Shown here piece by piece: positions 56,903 through 64,000 of a DNA stretch of 64,000 nt. Numbering within the stretch: position 1 is the stretch's first letter; each line of letters opens with the position of its first letter. The stretch covers positions 43,375-107,374 of the forward strand of contig CAVDQB010000002.1 of the NCBI GenBank assembly GCA_963611255.1, in the 5' to 3' direction. The position numbers and the translations under genes were made by a program. The notes beneath the pieces are model-generated. The model was not told the origin of the DNA. It was given only the letters and a program-made list of their open reading frames with translations, and made no database searches. This stretch comes from Faecalibacterium prausnitzii (GTDB lineage: Bacteria > Bacteroidota > Bacteroidia > Bacteroidales > Bacteroidaceae).

Positions 56903-58261
56903 TGCAAGCGGTGCTTCGGGAGAATCGGAACGAACCATACGGAGAACGAGAGCCTGCCGTGTGGTTTCCGTAATGCGGAAACGGTTGTCCGGGCGGATAC
57001 CAGCAACCCAGAGAATGCGGTCGTCAGAATCCGCTACAACCAACTGACGGCGTTTCTCCACGAGTGAGACTTTGCGGTCGGTGAGGAAATCGCTGAGCAG
57101 TTTCCGACCTCTCATGCCAAACGGAACAAAACTGTCGCCATTGCGGACAGGGCGCACCGTGAGGGGGAAACGGATATCGGCGGCATCCAAACACACGCAG
57201 TCGGCATCACGGCTGACAACGAAGCCGGCATCGATGGGTGTCAACGTGAAACTGAACTTGACAGTTTCATCGTAGATATAAGTTCCTGTTTCTGGTACAC
57301 GAAGGCTCTTTTGCGGTTTCTGCGAGAGCGGCGCCACGAGTATTAAGCCTCTGTCCACGGTCAGCGTATGGGTGGCAGATGTCCACTCACTGCCTGTCCT
57401 CGCATCACGCATTGAGGCAATCCGTTCCACTTGCGACGGCGAAAAGCCTTTGTCTTTCAATATGTTCCACAGTATGATTTCGGGCGACATTTCCGACTGG
57501 AGTCTGGCAATGTCTATCACGGTCATCCCATCAGCCTCGCCGCACACCCTGCCCTTCGCCTCCGACATCGCCGCATCAATGACAGGAAGCGTGTCGGAAA
57601 TCCGTTCGGCAGCCTTCGCTATATTGCGGCAAGCGGCAGGATTTATCTGCCTCAACAACGGTATAACGTTCAGCCTAATCTTGTTGCGCTGCACGTCATC
57701 CTCCAGATTTGTGGAGTCAACGACAAAGTTTTGACCAATGGAACTGAGGTAAGCGAGTATTTCTTCACGGTCTGCGCAGAGCAGAGGACGCACAATGTCG
57801 GCGTTCTTTGGGGCGATGCCCTTCAGTCCTTCAATGCCCGTGCCGCGGAGCAAGTTGAGCAGAAAAGTCTCGACAGAATCGTCTTTGTGATGGGCAACAC
57901 ACACTGCCCCGAGAGACAAGTCCCCGAGGAGTTGGGAAAAATAGTTGTAGCGGAGGTCGCGGGCGGCCATTTCGATGCTCACCTTGTGCAGTTCCGCATA
58001 GGCATGAGTGTCGAAATGGGCAATGTGAAGAGGCACGTTCCTCTTTCGGCAGAGGTCTTTGCAAAATGTCTCATCCCTGTCAGCCTCGCCGCCACGCAGA
58101 TGAAAATTGCAGTGTGCGGCCTCTACCTTATAACCAAGTTCGAGCAATACGCACAGCAGAGCCACACTGTCGGCACCGCCGGAAAGTGCCACGAGCACAG
58201 CGGAAGTGTCGTCCAGCAAATGCTTTTCGGCAATGTATTGCCCGACCTTTCTACTCAACAT
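56900..58261 (-). CDS. tilS: tRNA(Ile)-lysidine synthase
   Basis: PP-loop SGGADS, 453 aa. Confidence 0.9.
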   Translation of the reverse strand: MLSRKVGQYIAEKHLLDDTSAVLVALSGGADSVALLCVLLELGYKVEAAHCNFHLRGGEADRDETFCKDLCRKRNVPLHIAHFDTHAYAELHKVSIEMAARDLRYNYFSQLLGDLSLGAVCVAHHKDDSVETFLLNLLRGTGIEGLKGIAPKNADIVRPLLCADREEILAYLSSIGQNFVVDSTNLEDDVQRNKIRLNVIPLLRQINPAACRNIAKAAERISDTLPVIDAAMSEAKGRVCGEADGMTVIDIARLQSEMSPEIILWNILKDKGFSPSQVERIASMRDARTGSEWTSATHTLTVDRGLILVAPLSQKPQKSLRVPETGTYIYDETVKFSFTLTPIDAGFVVSRDADCVCLDAADIRFPLTVRPVRNGDSFVPFGMRGRKLLSDFLTDRKVSLVEKRRQLVVADSDDRILWVAGIRPDNRFRITETTRQALVLRMVRSDSPEAPLA

Positions 58262-59438
58262 AGAGCAACAAGCCCTTGAGATATTCCCCTTCGGGGTGGT
58301 AGATGTTTATCGGATGGTCTGCCGGCTGATGCAGTTGGTGCAGTATCCGCACCTTGCGACCGGCCTGTGCTGCGGCGGTAAACACAGCATTACGGAAGTT
58401 GTCTTTGGTGACTACCTGTGAGCAACTGAATGTCAGGAGCAGTCCACCCTCCTTTATGCTGCGCATAGCTTTGGCATTCAGACGGGTGTAACCTTTCAGC
58501 GCATTGTGCAAAGCCATACGGTGCTTGGCGAAAGCAGGGGGATCAAGTACGATGAGATCATACTTATTCTCGTTGCAGTCGAGGAATTTGAAGGCGTCTT
58601 CGCAGAAAGAAGCGTGCCTATTATCGCCCGGAAAGTTGAGCGCAATGTTCCTGTCGGTCAGTTCAATCGCTTTTGCCGATGAGTCCACGGAGTGTACCAA
58701 CTCGGCGCCGCCACGCATTGCGTAGACCGAAAAACCTCCAGTGTAGCAGAACATGTTAAGTACTTTCTTTCCCTTAGAGTACTTTTCGAGGAGCGAACGG
58801 TTGTCGCGTTGGTCAACGAAGAAGCCTGTCTTCTGGCCTTTAAGCCAGTCTACATGGAACTGCAGACCGTTTTCCAACGCCATGTTGTCATCAGTGCCTC
58901 CCTGAAGGAAGCCGTTCTCCTGGCTGAGATCTGCCTTGTACGGAAGTGTTGTCTCGCTTTTGTAGTACACATTCCTGATGCGCGGACTCATCACTTCCAC
59001 AAGCACGTCGCTTATAATGTCCCTACTCAGGTGCATACCCACACTGTGAGCCTGCACGACTGCGGTCTCGTTGTAGCAGTCGATGACAAGTCCGGGCAGG
59101 TTGTCGCCCTCTCCATGCACAAGACGATAGGTGGTGTTCTGCGGATTGTCAACAAGTCCGAGGTCACGCCTGAGGTTCAGAGCAGATGTAAGACGGCTGC
59201 GCCAGAAATCCCTGTCGATTGTTATGTCACGGAAAGAGAGCACCCTCACCGCTATCGAACCTATCTGATAGTGCCCCACGGCGATAAATTCACCGGAGCA
59301 GGTGAGCACCCTTACAACTTCGCCCTCCTCTATGCCGTTGTCCATATAGGCGACAGCACCAGAGAATATCCACGGATGAAAGCGTCTGAGACTTTCCTCC
59401 TTGCCTCTCTTCAAACGTATTATCCTGTAACTTTCCAT
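58251..59438 (-). CDS. Class I SAM-dependent rRNA (cytosine-C5) methyltransferase, RlmI-like
   Basis: PUA-like N-terminus plus SAM fold (VLNMFCYTGGFS, DPPAF). Confidence 0.85.
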   Translation of the reverse strand: MESYRIIRLKRGKEESLRRFHPWIFSGAVAYMDNGIEEGEVVRVLTCSGEFIAVGHYQIGSIAVRVLSFRDITIDRDFWRSRLTSALNLRRDLGLVDNPQNTTYRLVHGEGDNLPGLVIDCYNETAVVQAHSVGMHLSRDIISDVLVEVMSPRIRNVYYKSETTLPYKADLSQENGFLQGGTDDNMALENGLQFHVDWLKGQKTGFFVDQRDNRSLLEKYSKGKKVLNMFCYTGGFSVYAMRGGAELVHSVDSSAKAIELTDRNIALNFPGDNRHASFCEDAFKFLDCNENKYDLIVLDPPAFAKHRMALHNALKGYTRLNAKAMRSIKEGGLLLTFSCSQVVTKDNFRNAVFTAAAQAGRKVRILHQLHQPADHPINIYHPEGEYLKGLLLYVE

Positions 59439-60091
59439 GTCGTTTCTTTTTCTTTCTCCCCCTCTGACTTTGCCTCAGGCACGTCTACAAACGTGTAGTC
59501 ATGCGTGGAATTAAGTCTATTTATCTCATCATATATCTGTATGCAAGCCCATGCATCCAATGCGGCATACTTCTTCTGGGCGTCGCTAAGCACTTGGCTT
59601 TCCCAGTTGGTCAGCCGCTGACGCTTCGAAATTTTTTCGGAAAAGAGATTCGCCCACACTTTTTGCAACGACAAATCCTTTATTCCTATCAGCCCGACCA
59701 TGTCCTGCAGTTCGATGAAACGCCCCGGTGTGAACTGTCCGCACTTGTGCAGTCCGTGCAAATCGTCGTGCCATGACAGCCCGACCATGGGGACATCGAC
59801 ATTCTCGAGCAACCTCTTTACCGGCGCACACAGACCAATCATGTTAAGCCGGAAAAGGAAACAGGTGTCCCGGTTGCTCACCTGCAGCAGGGCGACACGG
59901 CACGTCTGCCCCTTACGAAACGTCGGTCGGGTCTCCGTATCAACTCCTAAGATGTCGGAAGCGAGAAGATAGTCGACAGCCTTTTCCGCCGCCTGTTCCG
60001 TCAAGACGACAATAATGCGCCCCTTGAAACTTGCGACCGGGAGGTTGTTTAGTTCGTTTTTGTCGAACTTACTGTATATTATTTTGTCCAT
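59420..60091 (-). CDS. 3'-5' exonuclease (DEDD / RNase D-like domain)
   Basis: Exo I motif LGVDTETRP. 19-nt overlap with the downstream methyltransferase gene. Confidence 0.8.
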   Translation of the reverse strand: MDKIIYSKFDKNELNNLPVASFKGRIIVVLTEQAAEKAVDYLLASDILGVDTETRPTFRKGQTCRVALLQVSNRDTCFLFRLNMIGLCAPVKRLLENVDVPMVGLSWHDDLHGLHKCGQFTPGRFIELQDMVGLIGIKDLSLQKVWANLFSEKISKRQRLTNWESQVLSDAQKKYAALDAWACIQIYDEINRLNSTHDYTFVDVPEAKSEGEKEKETTWKVTG

Positions 60092-60164
60092 TTACACATG
60101 TCAAAATCAAGTGCAAAATTAGAAAAAAAGCACGAAAAAGCACCCCTCTATACGATATTTTCAG

Positions 60165-60172
60165 TATTTTTG
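60165..60172 (+). promoter_or_regulatory. -7 box TATTTTTG for ftsK
   Basis: TAnnTTTG match 31 nt upstream of the ATG at 60203. Confidence 0.55.
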
Positions 60173-60202
60173 CAGACGATTATATGACAGCTTAAACGCA
60201 GA

Positions 60203-62659
60203 ATGGCAAAAAGAAAGAAAAAGACTGAACGCAACGCGAAGAACATAGGCGAGGCAGTCGGTTTCAACAATATATTCCATCACGAAAAGATAGACATTAT
60301 TCTCGGTTGCATACTGTTTGGTTTTGCAGTTTATGTCGCCATAGCCATGATTTCGTTTCTTGGTACCGGACAAGCCGACCAAAGCATTTTGGAGGAGACA
60401 AGACCGGGCGACTGGACCAACGGAAACCATCAATACACCAACAGTTGCGGCAGTTTCGGAGCGATAATAGCATGGTGGCTGATGGCAGAGAATTTCGGTC
60501 TGCCGGCATTCATCATTCCCTTGTTCATGGTCATAGCGGCGTTGACAATCATGAACGCCTACAAGTTCAATGTGCTGAAGTGGTTCTTTGCCCTTGCCGT
60601 ACTGATGGTGTGGACATCCGTAACATTTGCAAAGGTGCTCACTCCTGTCATGGATTTCATGTTCTTTAATCCCGGCGGAAATCACGGTCTTTTCGTTGTA
60701 GAGAAGACAGAGAACCTCATCGGTGCGCCGGGACTATCCGTCCTACTCGTCCTTATCGCCGTTGTCTTCCTCACGTTTGTCAGTGCCAACACCGTCATAT
60801 ACATAAGGAAAGCATTCCGTTTCGGCGTTGACAGCGGCGCAAAGATACGCTGGACGGTGAAGACCGGCGGCGACACGCAGGAGCAAAGCGAAGAAGAACC
60901 GAAAACGGAAGAAGTGGTCACGACACCCCTCAAGGTTGTCGGCAACGACGAGGAAACGCCTCTTGAACCTATCATCATTGACGACATTGCATACACTTCG
61001 CCCACAAAGACAGAGGAAGTGACACCTGAAACGCCGGCAAACGAGAACGACAAGGAGACAGAACTGAGCGTTGAAGTGGCGGCTGCGGAAGACAAAGCGC
61101 AAGGAAAAACCGTGGAAGACAAGGCTGATTTGTCCACTCCCATAAATCCGCTTGAACCGTTCACACGATACAAATACCCCACACTCGACCTGCTGAAGAA
61201 GTACGACAGCGACACCAATCCGCAGATTGACATGGAGGAAGTGAAGGCAAACAACGCCCGAATTATCGAGGTACTGAACTCCTTCGGAGTGAGGATACGC
61301 GAGATAAAGGCGACTGTCGGCCCTGCAATCACGCTCTATGAGGTGACACCCGCAGAGGGAGTGAAGATAGCAAAGATACGTTCGCTTGAGGACGACATCG
61401 CCTTGTGCCTGTCAGCACTGGGCGTGCGCATCATCGCCCCTATCCCCGGAAAAGGCACAGTCGGCATTGAGGTGCCGAACAAGAAGCCGAAGATCGTCTC
61501 AATGGAAAGTATTCTCAACTCGAAGAAGTTCCAGCAGACGACAATGGATCTGCCTATCGCCATAGGAAAAACAATTACCAACGAGGTGTTCATGGTCGAT
61601 TTGGCGAAGATTCCACACTTGCTTGTAGCCGGAGCAACGGGCCAAGGAAAGTCCGTAGGCCTCAATGCCATCATCACATCCCTGCTCTACAAGAAGCACC
61701 CCAACGAGCTTAAGATTGTCCTTGTCGACCCGAAGAAGGTGGAATTTTCCCTCTACAGCCCCATAGCAGACCACTTCATGGCGGCTACGGACGAGAATGT
61801 CGACGAGCCAATCATCACCGATGTCACCAAGGTCGTGAGGACTTTGAACTCTCTCTGCGCCCTTATGGACACCCGATATGACCTGTTGAAGCAGGCCGGA
61901 GCGAAGAACATCAAGGAATACAACAACAAGTTCGTCAACCGAAAACTCAACCTTACGCTCGGTCATCACTATATGCCGTACATCGTAGTGGTTATAGACG
62001 AGTTCGGCGACCTGATAATGACCGCAGGAAAAGAAGTGGAATTGCCTATCGCACGAATAGCACAGTTGGCGCGTGCAGTGGGTATCCACATGATTATTGC
62101 GACGCAACGACCCACCACAACAATCATCACGGGTAACATAAAGGCGAATTTCCCGGGACGAATGGCGTTCCGTGTGGGCGCGATGATTGATTCCCGAACC
62201 ATCCTCGACCGTCCAGGAGCCAACCAACTTGTGGGAAAAGGTGACCTGTTGTTCCTCAACGGAGGCGAGCCTGTGCGTGTTCAGTGCGCATTCGTGGACA
62301 CCCCCGAGATAGAGAGAATTACCGAATACATAGCCAATCAGCCCGGTCCAGTGGAGCCGGCGGAACTTCCCGAACCGGCATCTCCCGACGGTGGAGGGCA
62401 TTCAGGAGACGGCAGCGCACTCTCTGACCTCGACCCTTACTTTGAGGAAGCGGCCCATGCGATAGTCATTTCCCAACAAGGTTCGACCAGTATGATACAG
62501 CGTCGGTTCTCAATAGGCTACAACCGTGCCGGCAGATTAATGGATCAGATGGAAGCGGCTGGCATCGTCGGCACTGCGAGCGGCAGCAAACCGCGGGAAG
62601 TGTTGATAGCCGACGAAAACTCATTGAACAATTTATTGAAACAACTAAGAGGACAATAA
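60203..62659 (+). CDS. ftsK: DNA translocase FtsK/SpoIIIE
   Basis: N-terminal TM domain, acidic/Pro-rich linker, motor with Walker A GATGQGKS and Walker B VVVIDEFGDL, and a gamma domain. Confidence 0.95.
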   Translation: MAKRKKKTERNAKNIGEAVGFNNIFHHEKIDIILGCILFGFAVYVAIAMISFLGTGQADQSILEETRPGDWTNGNHQYTNSCGSFGAIIAWWLMAENFGLPAFIIPLFMVIAALTIMNAYKFNVLKWFFALAVLMVWTSVTFAKVLTPVMDFMFFNPGGNHGLFVVEKTENLIGAPGLSVLLVLIAVVFLTFVSANTVIYIRKAFRFGVDSGAKIRWTVKTGGDTQEQSEEEPKTEEVVTTPLKVVGNDEETPLEPIIIDDIAYTSPTKTEEVTPETPANENDKETELSVEVAAAEDKAQGKTVEDKADLSTPINPLEPFTRYKYPTLDLLKKYDSDTNPQIDMEEVKANNARIIEVLNSFGVRIREIKATVGPAITLYEVTPAEGVKIAKIRSLEDDIALCLSALGVRIIAPIPGKGTVGIEVPNKKPKIVSMESILNSKKFQQTTMDLPIAIGKTITNEVFMVDLAKIPHLLVAGATGQGKSVGLNAIITSLLYKKHPNELKIVLVDPKKVEFSLYSPIADHFMAATDENVDEPIITDVTKVVRTLNSLCALMDTRYDLLKQAGAKNIKEYNNKFVNRKLNLTLGHHYMPYIVVVIDEFGDLIMTAGKEVELPIARIAQLARAVGIHMIIATQRPTTTIITGNIKANFPGRMAFRVGAMIDSRTILDRPGANQLVGKGDLLFLNGGEPVRVQCAFVDTPEIERITEYIANQPGPVEPAELPEPASPDGGGHSGDGSALSDLDPYFEEAAHAIVISQQGSTSMIQRRFSIGYNRAGRLMDQMEAAGIVGTASGSKPREVLIADENSLNNLLKQLRGQ

Positions 62660-62663
62660 CGAA

Positions 62664-63272
62664 ATGAAAAAGGTTCTTTTACTGACAATCCTGTCGGTTT
62701 TCGCACTCTGCGCAAGTGCGGACAACGCAAGCGAAGCAAGGAAAATACTGGACAAGACAGCCGCCGTGGTGAGCAAGAAGAGCGGTGTGCAGGCCAATTT
62801 CCAGATAGGCAGCGGAAAGATAGGACACACCTCGGGCACCATTGCGGTGAAAGGAAGCAAGTTCAACGCACGGACGCCACAGGCCACCGTGTGGTTCGAC
62901 GGCAAGACGCAATGGACTTACATGAAGAAGACCGACGAAGTGAATGTCACGACCCCGACAAAAGCGCAGCAGACACAGATGAACCCGCTGACTTTCATCA
63001 ACCTTTACAAAAAGGGATACAACCTCTCTCTCAAGACCGTTGACGGCAAATATGAGGTCAGGATGCAGGCACAGGGCAAGGGAAGTGCCATTCAGGAGAT
63101 GTACATAGTAATCGACAAAAAGACATACATACCTTCTCAGGTGCGTATGCGCCAGAAGGATGCGTGGACAACTGTCAACATCTCCAACTTCAAAGCGAAG
63201 TCACAGAGCGACGCGACATTCACTTTCAACAAGAAAGACTTCCCTACCGCTGAAATTGTAGACCTCAGATGA
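62664..63272 (+). CDS. LolA-like outer-membrane lipoprotein carrier protein
   Basis: Signal peptide, about 200 aa. Conserved position after ftsK. Confidence 0.7.
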   Translation: MKKVLLLTILSVFALCASADNASEARKILDKTAAVVSKKSGVQANFQIGSGKIGHTSGTIAVKGSKFNARTPQATVWFDGKTQWTYMKKTDEVNVTTPTKAQQTQMNPLTFINLYKKGYNLSLKTVDGKYEVRMQAQGKGSAIQEMYIVIDKKTYIPSQVRMRQKDAWTTVNISNFKAKSQSDATFTFNKKDFPTAEIVDLR

Positions 63273-64000
63273 ACCGTCTGGAATTGTTCCGCACGCTGCG
63301 GAAACATCGTTCACTGGCTGAAGAAAGGGCTGTTGACCTTGAGCGGAACAAGGCCGCAAAGTGGATAATACGCATAGGCGAGGCTTTCATTGTTATCTAT
63401 ATGCTGATGGCAGCCCTCGGGTTTGCGCTGGCAGCAAACGACTGCCGCACACTGTCAACGATAGAGTTCCTGTTCTGCCTGTCCCCTTTCATCGTGTTAC
63501 TGGACTTCTTCATCCGCTTCATAGGACAGCAGACGCCGTCGCAGATAATAAAACCCTACATACTGCTTCCTATCCCCAAGTACACCTGTATAGATTTTTT
63601 CATCACAGGACAGATGCTCAACCTGTCGAATCTTGCATGGTTTGTGATGATTGTGCCCTATTGCATCATGTCGGTGCTGTTCGGTTACGGTTTCTTGCCT
63701 TGTGTCGGCATACTGTTCGCTTTCTGGGTTATGGAGTTGTGTGTGAGCCAGTTCTATCTCATAGTAAGGACACTCATCAACGACACACTGCTGTGGTGGG
63801 CACTGCCTATAGGTGTCATCCTCGTGGTCTTGTTGCCCGGTTGTCATTTTGAAAACTTCGGTTGCATTGTCAGCGATTTCGGCAGTTTCTATGACATTGG
63901 AGACCTTTGTCTCTTCTACGGCGGCATAGGCACGGGCATAGAAAGCGGCGACGCGTGGCCGTATATTGTTCTAATAGCATTGACAACTGTGCTGTTCTTC
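63269..64000 (+). CDS. Polytopic membrane protein, partial (runs off the window end)
   Basis: Hand-translated open frame from the ATG overlapping the LolA stop (ATGA): MNRLELFRTLRKHRSLAEERAV... Several TM helices and no stop before 64000. Confidence 0.6.
   Translation, partial: MNRLELFRTLRKHRSLAEERAVDLERNKAAKWIIRIGEAFIVIYMLMAALGFALAANDCRTLSTIEFLFCLSPFIVLLDFFIRFIGQQTPSQIIKPYILLPIPKYTCIDFFITGQMLNLSNLAWFVMIVPYCIMSVLFGYGFLPCVGILFAFWVMELCVSQFYLIVRTLINDTLLWWALPIGVILVVLLPGCHFENFGCIVSDFGSFYDIGDLCLFYGGIGTGIESGDAWPYIVLIALTTVLFF

Overview
This window looks like core chromosome from a Bacteroidales-type (Bacteroidota) genome. The evidence is many TAnnTTTG -7 promoter boxes (several with a TTTG -33 box 18-20 nt upstream), a fused lpxC/fabZ gene, a lipidated TamA-like gene next to tamB, and an aconitase-icd-gltA operon. 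I call about 49 CDS. They cover grpE-dnaJ-folC, a gal cluster with two mutarotases, tkt-rpiB, an ECF sigma module, an EPS priming transferase, tetR-fabG-rluA-tamB-tamL, lpxD-lpxC/fabZ-lpxA-miaA-PBP1A-Pif1-like helicase, exo-rlmI-tilS and ftsK-lolA. I also call 3 tRNAs (Thr-UGU, Ser-CGA, initiator-like Met-CAU) and an SRP (4.5S) RNA. I see no transposase, integrase, phage gene, CRISPR array or recognisable defence gene, so I cannot point to a gene-encoded novel system. The least explained signals are non-coding. (1) A roughly 160-200 nt intergenic element occurs twice (14344-14506 and 47840-48045). Each copy has four CACG(GT/AC)CGTG-like cores phased exactly every 22 nt, and one internal hairpin differs between copies by compensatory changes. 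(2) A roughly 28-bp palindromic operator (TTGCACA..CCCATTTA..TGTGCAA) sits on the promoter of the tetR-fabG operon and again on the promoter of an acyl-CoA synthetase gene 18 kb away. (3) An orphan promoter-to-terminator unit of about 250 nt has a C-depleted repeat core and is a candidate sRNA. (4) The SRP RNA abuts tRNA-Thr with a 1-nt gap. At the protein level I note a RIC/ScdA-type di-iron domain fused to a LuxR HTH, a YbiT-like ABC-F with one fully degenerate ATP site, and an EF-G paralogue lacking the catalytic His. All homology calls come from motif recognition by eye; no database search was run.
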